DNA of 64,000 nt from Candidatus Altimarinota bacterium (GTDB lineage Bacteria; Patescibacteriota; Gracilibacteria; UBA1369; GCA-2718715). Location of the stretch: the NCBI GenBank assembly GCA_041242255.1, contig JBESAV010000001.1, positions 160,001 to 224,000 on the forward strand, read 5' to 3'. Position 1 is the first letter of the stretch, and the number at the start of each line of letters is the position of its first letter. The translations under genes were made by a program, and so were the position numbers. The notes below the pieces were generated by a model, which was not told the DNA's origin, searched no databases, and worked only from the letters and a program-made list of their open reading frames with translations. Of the stretch, positions 38,872-49,800 are shown piece by piece.

Positions 38872-40482
38872 ATGAGCCTAACCAAAAAAATCCTAAGCAA
38901 TACTCTCTGGCAAGTCATCGGTAGATTAGTAACAGCATTCCTAGGAGTTCTCTCCATTAAACTAATCACCAACTACCTCCCAACTGACCTATACGGTCAA
39001 TACACCACTCTTTTTGAATACATAGGGTTCTTTGCTATCGCAGCTGACTTTGGCTTATACACAATAGGTGTTCGAGAAATGTCCAAAAAAGACCAGCCCA
39101 CCGATTACATTCTTGGAAATTTAATATCTCTAAGACTTCTGCTCATCTTCCTATGTCTTGGAACAGCCTTGATAGTAACTCCATTTATTCCAAACTACAG
39201 CGGAACACTAGTTCAAAAAGGGCTATGGATAGTTGCCCTGGGAACCGGACTAAATCTGCTCAGCGGAATCCTCACCTCAGTCCTCCAGTTCAAAATGCAA
39301 ATGCTTTACGCAAACATTAGTCTAATCATAGGAAAACTATCAGGCTTTGGTTTTATTGCTTACGTAATTCTCAAACTCAACCCAACAGACCTAGAAACAG
39401 GCTTTAACCTTCTTTTATTAGGATCAATCATAACCAATCTAGTTCTTCTTATCCTAACCATCTTCTTCACTCAAAAACTAATCAAAATACGCCCTCAAGT
39501 CGACCGTAAATATATAGTAAAAATTGTAAAAAACTCGCTACCATACGGACTTTCCATCATATTAAGTACAATGTATTTCAAAATAGATATCATTCTACTA
39601 AGTCAACTAACCAACTACCACCAAACAGGTATTTACGGTGTTCCCCTAAAAGTAATGGAAATCATATCTGTCATCCCTGTTTTCTTCATGAACGCCTCAC
39701 TTCCAGCTCTAACCGAAAACTTCCACCAAAACAAACTCAAATACAAACAAATCGCCCAAAAATGTATCACTTTCCTTCTACTGCTCGGATTGCCAATTGT
39801 CGCAGGAGGATACATATTAGCCCAACCAATAACCTATGCTATCTCCAGTCCTCAATTCCTCTCTGGATTCCACTGTAACAACAACATTCAATACACCTAC
39901 GAAACTCCTACCGAAGCCTACAGTAAATGTAACCTCATACAATTTTCTGAGAAATTCAATTGGGAAGGGCTCAAAACAACCGAAACCTACACTTACTTCC
40001 CGGGATCAGACCTTGCCTTACAGATTATTATCTTTGCAATCCTTTTCAACTTTATAAACACATTCATAAACTTCTCCTTTATTACAATCGAAAAACAACA
40101 TCTACTCCTTTACATCAACAGCTCAGGTATAATCTTCAACATAATCACCAACCTCATCTTCATACCAAAATACGGCTTCATTGCCGCAGCTGCTACAACT
40201 ATCCTATCCGAAATCCTTATCCTAATTATTGGTTATTCAATACTCAGAAAACACAACGAAGTTAACTTTGCTCCACTAGACATCATAACCAAAATATTTC
40301 TCTCAACTTCCATAATGACATTAATCATCCTTCTGTTTAAACCTTTCACACAACAACTATTCGGATATAATAATATCCTCTTACTAATACCAATAGGTAT
40401 GATAACTTACGCTATCTCAATCATCGCTTTCAAAATAATACCAATTCAAGAGGTTCAAAAGTACATAACTCGCAAATCATGA
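38872..40482 (+). CDS. Wzx/MOP-family oligosaccharide flippase
   Basis: KILSNTLWQ, DFGL...VRE, KIDIILLS...GIY, LIFIPKYGFIAAA; multi-TM. Confidence 0.88.
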   Translation: MSLTKKILSNTLWQVIGRLVTAFLGVLSIKLITNYLPTDLYGQYTTLFEYIGFFAIAADFGLYTIGVREMSKKDQPTDYILGNLISLRLLLIFLCLGTALIVTPFIPNYSGTLVQKGLWIVALGTGLNLLSGILTSVLQFKMQMLYANISLIIGKLSGFGFIAYVILKLNPTDLETGFNLLLLGSIITNLVLLILTIFFTQKLIKIRPQVDRKYIVKIVKNSLPYGLSIILSTMYFKIDIILLSQLTNYHQTGIYGVPLKVMEIISVIPVFFMNASLPALTENFHQNKLKYKQIAQKCITFLLLLGLPIVAGGYILAQPITYAISSPQFLSGFHCNNNIQYTYETPTEAYSKCNLIQFSEKFNWEGLKTTETYTYFPGSDLALQIIIFAILFNFINTFINFSFITIEKQHLLLYINSSGIIFNIITNLIFIPKYGFIAAAATTILSEILILIIGYSILRKHNEVNFAPLDIITKIFLSTSIMTLIILLFKPFTQQLFGYNNILLLIPIGMITYAISIIAFKIIPIQEVQKYITRKS

Positions 40483-41927
40483 AAAACAACCCAGAAAAAA
40501 TCATTCAAAAACTAAAAAACTCAAAAGTACACGTCATCGGAGTAGCTGGAATCGAAGGATCTGAAATCGCATTATTTCTAAACCAAATAGAGGCCGACCC
40601 CTCAAATATTACCCTTCATCAACTAACACCAGAAAAATCATTCAAAGAAAACTTCTTCAAATACAACCAAGCCTTCTCTCAAGATGAACTAGAACAAAGG
40701 TACAAAACACTCTTAAACTCAAACTTCACTTTCAGATTTGATAAAGATTACCTAAAGGATATAGAAGAAGCAGATATTATTTTTGCACCTCAATCATTGT
40801 TTATGCACGATAGCAACAAACCACTTCTAGAGCTCCAAGACAAACTCAACACAATCACCAACCTTTACTTCCAACTCATCCCCTGCCCTATCATCGCAGT
40901 AACTGGATCCAACGGGAAATCAACAACCACACAACTTATTTACAAAATTATAAATAACTCTTCCAAACACAAGGCTTGGATAACAGGAAACGATAGATCC
41001 ACCAAATCACTCCTTTTAAAGCTAGACCAAATAAAACCAGAGGATTACGTTGTAACCGAAGTCTCAAACCGCCAACTGAACTTCCTAAAAGATCACAAAC
41101 CATTCATCTCAGTCATTACCAACATTACAGAAAACCACCTTACTGAGTACGATTCTTTCCAAGAGTACATAGACACCAAACTCAAACTTTTCAAAAACCA
41201 ATCCCAAGACGATCACTTAATCATCAACATAGACAACCCAATCCTCAATGGCTTAGACCTCCAATCCATCAAACCTCAAACTCACACAGTTTCACTACAT
41301 TCCGAAGAGGCAGAAGCCAACATTCAAGAAGACTCTTTTGCTTATCAAAACAACAAAATACTCCCAGTAGAACAACTCAATATCCCAGGACCACACAACC
41401 AACTAAACACTCTCCAAGCAATAATGGTAGCCAAAATCCTAGATATACCTGAACCTGAAATAATTAAAACTCTTCAAGAGTTCCATGGCCTTAAAGATCG
41501 CTGTGAAATAGTCCATAAATACCAAAACATTACTTTTATAAACGATAGACAAGGAACCTCAGTGGACTCTACCATCCAAGCTCTCAAAGGCTTACCAAAA
41601 CCACTAATTCTTATATTTGGAGGAAAAAACAAAAGCATGCCCATCCAAAAACTTGCTCAACTAATGCTAAGCTCCAATCAAATCAACATAGGTATAAAAA
41701 GCCCTTTTGTAGATGAACTTAAACCACTACTAAACCAAAACTTACAAAAAGTAGACACAATGACTGATGCAATCAAAACAAGCGTTAAACTTGCACAAGA
41801 AAACTATACAGGCCAAGAAGTAACAGTTCTATTTTCTCCAGCTTGTGAGTATGGACCATACTTTTCACCTCTTCCAGGCTACGATGACTCAGAAAAATTC
41901 AACCAAATAGTTAAAACTTACCAATGA
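40479..41927 (+). CDS. MurD-like Mur ligase with divergent substrate-site motifs
   Basis: IAVTGSNGKSTTT P-loop, PGPHN, LIFGGKNK, LFSPAC. Divergent motifs: GNDR, EVSNRQL, ENHLTEY, NDRQGT. Confidence 0.8.
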   Translation: MKNNPEKIIQKLKNSKVHVIGVAGIEGSEIALFLNQIEADPSNITLHQLTPEKSFKENFFKYNQAFSQDELEQRYKTLLNSNFTFRFDKDYLKDIEEADIIFAPQSLFMHDSNKPLLELQDKLNTITNLYFQLIPCPIIAVTGSNGKSTTTQLIYKIINNSSKHKAWITGNDRSTKSLLLKLDQIKPEDYVVTEVSNRQLNFLKDHKPFISVITNITENHLTEYDSFQEYIDTKLKLFKNQSQDDHLIINIDNPILNGLDLQSIKPQTHTVSLHSEEAEANIQEDSFAYQNNKILPVEQLNIPGPHNQLNTLQAIMVAKILDIPEPEIIKTLQEFHGLKDRCEIVHKYQNITFINDRQGTSVDSTIQALKGLPKPLILIFGGKNKSMPIQKLAQLMLSSNQINIGIKSPFVDELKPLLNQNLQKVDTMTDAIKTSVKLAQENYTGQEVTVLFSPACEYGPYFSPLPGYDDSEKFNQIVKTYQ

Positions 41928-42658
41928 AACCATTTATAATCATCCAACTTCGTCCAGAAGATGAAACTTCAGACAGCGAATACAACTGCTTTCTTACAAA
42001 AGGAAACCTCAAACCTGAAGAAACCTTCAGAATAAGAGCTGAACAAAATGGCTTACCAGACATAGACCTTAATAACTATTCAGGAATATTAGTAGGAGGA
42101 AGCCCTTTCGACATTACTACTCCAGAAGATGAAAAGTCAGCTATCCAAAAACAAATTGAATCAGATTTCCAAAAACTCTTAAATAAAGTTATCGAAAAAG
42201 ACTTCCCATTCTTAGGATGTTGTTCGGGAAATGGACTTCTTGGTAACCACTGTGGTGGAAAAATATCCAGAAAATACCCTGAGCCAGTTCAAGCTGTAAC
42301 ACTAACCCTAACACCTGAGGCTAAAAAAGACGATCTCCTAAAAGATCTCCCAGAAAACTTTAGAGGACTAGTTGGACACAAAGAGTGCTGCGAAATACTG
42401 CCTCCAAATGCAGTACACCTTGCATCCTCAGAGACCTGCCCTATCCAAATGTTCAAAATAAAAAACAACATATACGCCACCCAATTCCACCCAGAAGCTG
42501 ACCCTCAAGAGTTCGAACTCAGGATAAATATATACAAAAACCACGGCTACTTCCCTGCAGACCAAGCAGAAGAACTAATTAACGCAGTTAAAGGCGAACA
42601 AATTATCTACACACAAAAAATACTCGAAAACTTTATAAATAAGTACAAAGCACAATAA
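41924..42658 (+). CDS. Class I glutamine amidotransferase
   Basis: GGSP, FLGCCSG nucleophile elbow, TQFHPE. Confidence 0.92.
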   Translation: MKPFIIIQLRPEDETSDSEYNCFLTKGNLKPEETFRIRAEQNGLPDIDLNNYSGILVGGSPFDITTPEDEKSAIQKQIESDFQKLLNKVIEKDFPFLGCCSGNGLLGNHCGGKISRKYPEPVQAVTLTLTPEAKKDDLLKDLPENFRGLVGHKECCEILPPNAVHLASSETCPIQMFKIKNNIYATQFHPEADPQEFELRINIYKNHGYFPADQAEELINAVKGEQIIYTQKILENFINKYKAQ

Positions 42659-42920
42659 TCTTGTACAACTTGCTTTGAGCTCATTAAACTGATAATATTC
42701 TAAAAGAGAACTACTAGTAACGACTAAATATAGCTTCAAACGGCGTGAGCAATGCAAATCATGAAAAGCGCTGACCATAAAACAAAGGTAGGCCTAGAGA
42801 GAACCTCCCTAAACTAAATCTCTCACACAGAAAAGATGATTAAAAAATAGTAAATTTTTTAAAAAGTGCTCAAAGCACAATTTTTTCTAAATGAAATCTT
42901 AAATTAACACAATTCAGAAA

Positions 42921-44717
42921 ATGAATGACAAAAAGACAAGCAATCTTGATAAGTGGTTACAAAAAAATGTAACTCACTCTAAAGATGTTTCCTCTAATAA
43001 AAAAAGTAAATTTTCATATAGAGGAAGAAAATCAAAAGGAGACAAATTAAAAATCATTCCACTAGGTGGTTTGAACGAAGTTGGTAAAAACATGATGCTC
43101 CTTGAATACGGTGACGACATGATCGTTATCGACATGGGATTATTATTCCCTGAAGAAGACATGCTCGGAGTTGATTATATCGTTCCAGACATAACTTACC
43201 TTCAAAAAAACCAACATAAGTTAAGAGGTATACTTATTACCCATGGTCATCTAGATCATATCGGAGCAATATCTTACCTTGCACCAAAACTAAAAGATCC
43301 AAAATTTTATGGACTACCCCTTACTATGGGAATGGTTCAAAAGAAGATCTCTGAGTACAAAAGAGCTAGAAAGAGTGTAAATACTTTCCCAGTTAAACCT
43401 AGAAAAACTTTTAGACTTGGATGTTTCAAAGTAACTTTCTTCAGAGTAAACCATTCAATACCTGATTCAGCCGGAATCATTATTGAAACCCCTGAAGGAT
43501 TTGTAGTCCATACAGGTGATTTCAAATTTGATGAAACTCCAGCTGACGGACTTATGGCTGATACAGACATCATGAAGCTTATGGGGACCAAGAATGTAGT
43601 AGCACTACTCTCAGACAGTACAAATGCTACAAAACCTGGTTCAACAGTTTCAGAGAAAGTTGTAGGAGAAGCATTAGACGACATCATTACTAATACAGAT
43701 GGAAGAATAATCATAGCTTCTTTCGCCTCACTTATAGGTAGAATGCAACAGATTATTGATTCAGCTCAAAAAAATGGTCGTAAAATATTTGTGACTGGTC
43801 GATCAATGAAAGAAAATATCAAACTAGCTACCAAAATGGGATACATCAAATATCCTAAAGGACTAGTAACTGAGCTTAGAAGAGATAAAAATAAAGAATC
43901 ACATTCTAAAAATGCTTTAATTTTAACTACGGGTAGTCAAGGTGAGTCGTTGGCCGCACTTACAAGAATGGCCATGAATGAACATCCAAAAGTTAAAATC
44001 ATGCCAAGTGACACAGTTGTATACTCATCCTCCCCTATTATTGGTAATGAGAGAGCTATTACAGCCGTGGTAAATGAAATTACAAGAAAAGGTGCCAAAG
44101 TTATTACTAACAAACACATGGACATCCATACAACAGGTCATGGACACCAAGAAGACTTAAAAAGAATGATTAATTACATCAAACCTAAATACTTTATTCC
44201 AGTACATGGTGAATACTACATGAGGTGCGCACATAGAGATTTAGCCGTTGAAGAAGGAATTCCCCGTGAAAACACTTTTGTGATAGACAATGGAAATATC
44301 ATCGAAATACAAGACAAAAAAATGTCAGTTTCTAAACGTTCTCTACCAGACAAATACATCCTTGTAGATAACCAATCTAATGTCCTAGCTGGGATTGCAA
44401 CACACATCATTTCAGAAAGACAAGCTATGTCACTCAATGGAGTTGTTATAGTAACAGCCAACATTGACGCCAAAACCGGTAAGCTTAAATCTGCTAAAAC
44501 TGAATCACACGGATTTATATTTATGAGAAGTACAGAGAAAGTTATTGAAGAAATAACCAGAGACAGTATTGAAGCCTACAATAACCTTCATGACAAAAAA
44601 GATAAGCGAGTTACACCAAAAGAAGCTGCTGCAGAGCTTAAAACAGTTATCGACCGTAACTTCTTACGTAGAATCCAACGTCGCCCATTAGTTGTTCCTA
44701 TCATCAACGAGGTCTAA
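42921..44717 (+). CDS. rnj: Ribonuclease J
   Basis: LGGLNEVGKNM, THGHLDHIG, HTGDFK, DSTNA, TGSQGE, HTTGH, PVHGE. Confidence 0.97.
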   Translation: MNDKKTSNLDKWLQKNVTHSKDVSSNKKSKFSYRGRKSKGDKLKIIPLGGLNEVGKNMMLLEYGDDMIVIDMGLLFPEEDMLGVDYIVPDITYLQKNQHKLRGILITHGHLDHIGAISYLAPKLKDPKFYGLPLTMGMVQKKISEYKRARKSVNTFPVKPRKTFRLGCFKVTFFRVNHSIPDSAGIIIETPEGFVVHTGDFKFDETPADGLMADTDIMKLMGTKNVVALLSDSTNATKPGSTVSEKVVGEALDDIITNTDGRIIIASFASLIGRMQQIIDSAQKNGRKIFVTGRSMKENIKLATKMGYIKYPKGLVTELRRDKNKESHSKNALILTTGSQGESLAALTRMAMNEHPKVKIMPSDTVVYSSSPIIGNERAITAVVNEITRKGAKVITNKHMDIHTTGHGHQEDLKRMINYIKPKYFIPVHGEYYMRCAHRDLAVEEGIPRENTFVIDNGNIIEIQDKKMSVSKRSLPDKYILVDNQSNVLAGIATHIISERQAMSLNGVVIVTANIDAKTGKLKSAKTESHGFIFMRSTEKVIEEITRDSIEAYNNLHDKKDKRVTPKEAAAELKTVIDRNFLRRIQRRPLVVPIINEV

Positions 44718-44736
44718 TAAATTTGACAAAACAAAT

Positions 44737-44770
44737 AAAAAACTTACTATTTCAAAAAGTAAGTTTTTTT
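44737..44770. terminator. Terminator after rnj, overlapping a TTGACA...TACTAT promoter
   Basis: AAAAAACTTACT...AGTAAGTTTTTT stem. Confidence 0.7.
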
Positions 44771-44998
44771 ATGGAATCAAATGAAATTCTTCTACAAGAA
44801 GTCATCCAAGAGATAGGAGAAATCAACCAAGACCAGGCCTACCTACTCCACCTGCTTTTCTTAGGTAATTATGAGTACAGTACTTTAAAAGAAGATCTTG
44901 AAAAAAACTTTACCAAAGAACAGATAAACCAAATTAAAAGTCACACTAACAATAGAGTCAAAACCCTTACCGAGATAACAGATTTCTCTTTTGAATAG
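44771..44998 (+). CDS. Small hypothetical protein
   Basis: ATG at 44771 follows a promoter at 44723-44750; the TTG at 44723 is that promoter's -35 box. Confidence 0.55.
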   Translation: MESNEILLQEVIQEIGEINQDQAYLLHLLFLGNYEYSTLKEDLEKNFTKEQINQIKSHTNNRVKTLTEITDFSFE

Positions 44999-44999
44999 T

Positions 45000-45708
45000 G
45001 ATTTCCACCCAAAACCCAACATTCTAAATGTGCAAAACTAACAAAGAAACCTTATCAAATAGAGCAATAACCCACCCTGCAAAACTCCTGTAAAACCTAA
45101 TAGTATTAAACTATTTAACAATTGTTCCACAGCTTTTTTGACATACTAAAAATACAACGAATAATTCTTCACACAACTTTCACACACCCCTTCAGCCCAG
45201 CAAACTTTCGTCAAAGCCCAGCAAATAAATCAATCCTACAATCCACAATTACACATTTCCTCCCAACATTTTTCCCACAATCAGCCCCTTTCTCCACAAC
45301 TTATACACAATCTATACACATTTTTGTGCAAAACTATCAAGTTTCCCACAATCCATTTTTCAGCATTATTTAAACAAATCTCAAAAACAAACAATCACAA
45401 AAGCGCTTTAAATAAACATCCAACAAAAAATGTGCAAAAACTTTTTCCACAAAAATCAACCTTTTCCTCTAGTCTATAACCATAAAGCAGACTTTCACAC
45501 AAATTAACAACCTTTACACAATTCCCTTACTTATAAGCAATACTCCTCCTCTAAAACTTATACACAACAACACTACTACTACTATCTACTACTAATAATT
45601 TATTTAAATATATAAACACATGTTCACAATCCCATAAACAGATAAATACAATTTTTCTTGTTTACCTCCCCCATTTCTGATTAAATTAGAACCACTAAAC
45701 AAAAACAC
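45000..45708. other. oriC: Chromosomal replication origin (oriC) candidate
   Basis: About 700 bp non-coding region before dnaN. TTATACACA at 45301 and 45558 plus many 1-2 mismatch DnaA boxes. The last box is followed by TAC-repeat DnaA-trios (45574-45598) and an AT-rich tract. Confidence 0.85.
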
Positions 45709-46818
45709 ATGAAAGCCACAATCAACCAACAGAAAATATCAAAAGCTTTAAACATTGTTACAAAAGCCATAAACAACAACAACACACTTCCAATCCTAAA
45801 TAACATCCTGATCGAAACCACAGAAAAAGGATTAAAATTCTCTGCAACAAACCTAGAAATAGCAATCAGCTACACAACAACAGGCTCCATCACAGAGCAA
45901 GGTTCGATCACAATTCCTGCCAAACTGATCACATCCTACGTTTCCCTACTCCACAACACAGACCTAGAACTTTCCACAGACGAAAAGCTTCACCTCCACA
46001 TCAACTCCGACACATCCAAAACAGAAATCAAAGGCCTTCAATCGGAAGATTATCCAACAATCCCAACAATCGAAGAAGAAGATCAATTCAAAATAAAAAT
46101 CAAAGATCTACTTCAAGCAATCAACCAAACCGTATTCGCCTCTTCAATCAACAACACTCGCCCAATCCTATCCGGTGTTTACATCCACATTCACAACAAT
46201 CAAATTACTTTCGCAGCCACTGACAGTTACCGTCTAGCAGAAAAAAAAGTTGCCATCAAAGAGTCTTCTTCAGAAGAACTTTCCTGCATCATTCCTGGAA
46301 AAACTCTGCAAGAATTGTCTAAAATTCTTCCCCTCTTCAATGAGGAACAAGAGGTTTCAATCTCTCTAAACAAAAACCAAATCGCCTTCCAACTTGAAGA
46401 ACTACTAGTTGTTTCACGGCTTATAGAAGGGAATTTCCCAAATTACCAAGCCATTATTCCAGAAGAATCCAATACCACTATTATTACAGATGCTTCAGAA
46501 TTGAACTTAGCGCTTAAAAGAATCAATCTTTTTGCACGAGAAATAAACAATTCCATCCATATGGAAGCCAACAAAGAGACCAAAAAACTCAACATCTCTA
46601 CAGATGAAACCAAGATAGGTGCCGAAGTAACTGAACTTGATATTGATATTCAGGGAGAAAACAATAGAATATCGCTGAATTCCCAATACCTCTTAGATGT
46701 ATTGAACATTCATTCTAACGGGGCTCTTATCCTCAAAGTTGTCGAAAAAAACAAACCAATCAAGGTTGTAACCGAAAAAGATGACAACTTCGTTTACATA
46801 ATCATGCCTCTCAAATAA
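45709..46818 (+). CDS. dnaN: DNA polymerase III beta clamp
   Basis: LPILNN, ATNLE, RPILSG, ATDSYRL, SRLIEGNFPNY, YIIMPLK. Confidence 0.98.
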   Translation: MKATINQQKISKALNIVTKAINNNNTLPILNNILIETTEKGLKFSATNLEIAISYTTTGSITEQGSITIPAKLITSYVSLLHNTDLELSTDEKLHLHINSDTSKTEIKGLQSEDYPTIPTIEEEDQFKIKIKDLLQAINQTVFASSINNTRPILSGVYIHIHNNQITFAATDSYRLAEKKVAIKESSSEELSCIIPGKTLQELSKILPLFNEEQEVSISLNKNQIAFQLEELLVVSRLIEGNFPNYQAIIPEESNTTIITDASELNLALKRINLFAREINNSIHMEANKETKKLNISTDETKIGAEVTELDIDIQGENNRISLNSQYLLDVLNIHSNGALILKVVEKNKPIKVVTEKDDNFVYIIMPLK

Positions 46819-46838
46819 ACCGATAAAGAAGACGATTC

Positions 46839-49800
46839 ATGCTTATAAGACTGCTTTTACAAGTCTTTCCTAAATCAATTATTTCAAAAGTCACTGACCT
46901 TTTCAACGACCACAACTCAGTGATTCTTTCTGGTACTGGAAACAAAACATCAAAATCAATCCTAACCCTAAAAACCTGGCAGGAAGTAGCACCAAACTCT
47001 ACCCTACTCTGGTGTGTTAACTCTATCCAAGAACTCGACGAACTAAAAAAAGAACTATCTATCTGGACTAAAGAAGAAATCGAAAAGTACCGGATCCTCG
47101 ACAACACTATCGACGACAAAAAAACACACCGCTTAAACATTGGAAATACCCTAAACCTAATCGCAAATCTCCAGGAAAATAAAAAGCAAATCATTCTTAC
47201 AACCTATGAAGATCTACTCTTTAATACTCCAACTAAATCCGATCTTGAAGACCAAACCTGGCATATAAAAGTAGAGCAAGAACACAGCTTAGTTAGTATG
47301 TTTGAAAGACTAATAGATATGAACTTCCAAACAGCCACTGATAAATTTTTAAACCCAGGAGAGTATTTTTGTAGAGGAAACCTTCTAAATATATACCCTC
47401 ACAACCTAGACTACCCAATCCGTATCACTGTAGATTTCGATGAAATAACTCAAATTGACATACTGGATCACGATCAAAAGACCGTTCTAGCCTCTGTAGA
47501 CTCAATAGATCTCTATCCAATTATTGAAAACAAAGCTAATTATCACCTAAATCAATTTTTCACTCCCGACAATTTTATAGTATTTGATGAGCTTGAAATC
47601 ATAGACGATGACTTTAAATCTTGGGACAACTTCACTAAAGACATCCCATCTAAATTGCTTAAAATTCACTCTTTCAACGAAGATGAACCAAACCACACTC
47701 ACCTACCATACACTTCAATCCTAAAATTCCAGTCAGTTCCAGATTTCATAAAAACAATCCAAGACAAAAAGCAATTATCTTGGAAGATAATTCTAGCAAC
47801 CAAAAACGAAAAAGAGCTTAAAAACATGCTCAAAGAGCACAACATTATCTTCAATACAGATTTAGAAGCTTTCACCAAAAATGAAACAGGAGTTCTCCTT
47901 TTTACAATTGATGAAGACCTTCCTCTTCCAACATCTTTCCAAAACATTGAAGACAAAATTATCCTAATCACCGACAAAGACATTGCTCGCATAGGTAAAA
48001 AAGAAAAAAAATCTTCAAATAGTTCGCAAGTCTATCTAGATCTTATCACTTCCCTAAAGTCTAGGGATCTAGTTGTCCACACAGATCACGGTATAGGAAG
48101 ATACCAAGGACTTATCCAAAAAACAGTTTCTGGAATCACCAAAGAATATATCGAACTCTCCTATGCCCAAAACGACAAACTATTTGTCCCAATCGACCAA
48201 GCCGACAGAGTTTCCAAATACATTGGATCTGAAGAAAACGCCCCAAAACTAACTCGCTTAGGTTCATCCGAATGGGCTACAGTAAACAAAAAAGTTAAAA
48301 AAGAAGCTCAAAAAATAGCTAAAGAACTACTCAAAATATTTGCAGCAAGAGAGGCTTCTCCTGGAGTAAAGTTTGAAAAAGATAATGACCTTCAAGACAA
48401 GTTTGAAGAAACCTTTCCTTACGAAGAAACACCAGGTCAGATTAAAGCTATCATTGACGTTAAGAAAGACATGGAAGCCCCTCAACCAATGGATCGTCTG
48501 ATATGTGGAGATGTTGGTTTTGGGAAAACCGAAGTTGCTATGCGAGCTGCTTTCAAAGCAGTCCAGTCTGGGAAGCAAGTGGCATTCATTTCTCCAATAA
48601 CTATTTTAGCCGACCAACACTACAAGTCTTTCAAGAAAAGAATGGATGAGTTCCATGTACGTATAGAAATGCTAAGTCGATTCAAAACAAAATCAGAAGC
48701 AAAGAAAATTATTGAAAAAGCCAAAAAAGGCGAAGTCGACATCATAATAGGAACACATAGGCTTCTTCAAAAAGATATAGAATTCAAAAACCTTGGACTA
48801 GTCATAATCGACGAAGAGCAAAGATTTGGAGTTAAACAAAAAGAAACCCTCAAAGAAATGCGTGCAGAGGTAGATATTCTTACCCTTACTGCAACTCCAA
48901 TCCCAAGAACTCTCAACATGTCCCTCAATAAACTCCGAGATATTACAACCATTACTACTCCCCCACCAGGAAGACTCCCAGTAATTACTGAAGTAAGAAA
49001 ATATTCCGAAAAACTAATTGAAGAAGCCATTCGCAAAGAATTAGACCGAGGTGGGCAAATCTACCTACTACATAATCGTGTTCAAACCATCGACACCTTA
49101 GCTGCCAAGCTTCACGAACGTATGCCAGACGTTAGATTTGTAGTAGCTCATGGACAACTCTCTCCTCAAGAACTAGAAAAAAGAATCCTGGCCTTCAAAG
49201 AAGGAAAATACGATGTTCTAATAAGCTCAACAATTATCGAAAACGGTATCGATCTTCCAAATGCCAACACTCTCATAGTAAACAAAGCCGAAAAGTTTGG
49301 TTTATCACAACTTTACCAATTAAGAGGTCGTGTAGGTCGTGGAAAAGCCCAAGCTTACGCATATTTCCTTTATCACGGTCGTAGACTCAAGTTAGACGCT
49401 CGTAAACGTCTAAAAGCTATTGTTGAGGCCTCCGAGCTTGGTTCTGGGTTCCAGATTGCTATGAAGGATTTAGAAATCCGTGGAGCCGGAGAAATCCTAG
49501 GTGCCAGTCAGAGTGGAACCATGCAAGTTGTAGGTGTTAGTCACTTTATTCGAATGCTTAACAAAGCCGTCGACGACCTCAAATCAGGTCGAGTTGATGA
49601 CGATAATGAGGAAGCTCAAGAAGTTTCTATAGAATTACCAGTCAACGCCTTCATCCCAGACAGCTACATCCCAACTTCAAAAGATAAAATCAGCTACTAT
49701 CAAAAACTATCAGCTGCTTCAGACACCTCTTACCTCTCAGAAATAAAAGAAGATCTCGAAGATGAGTTCGGTCGACTACCCAACGAAGTCCACAACCTTT

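Noticed and set aside
45122-45373. 83-aa ORF inside the origin region
   Set aside because: Made of DnaA-box-like repeats (S/T/H/F/P-rich translation); non-coding oriC is the better explanation.
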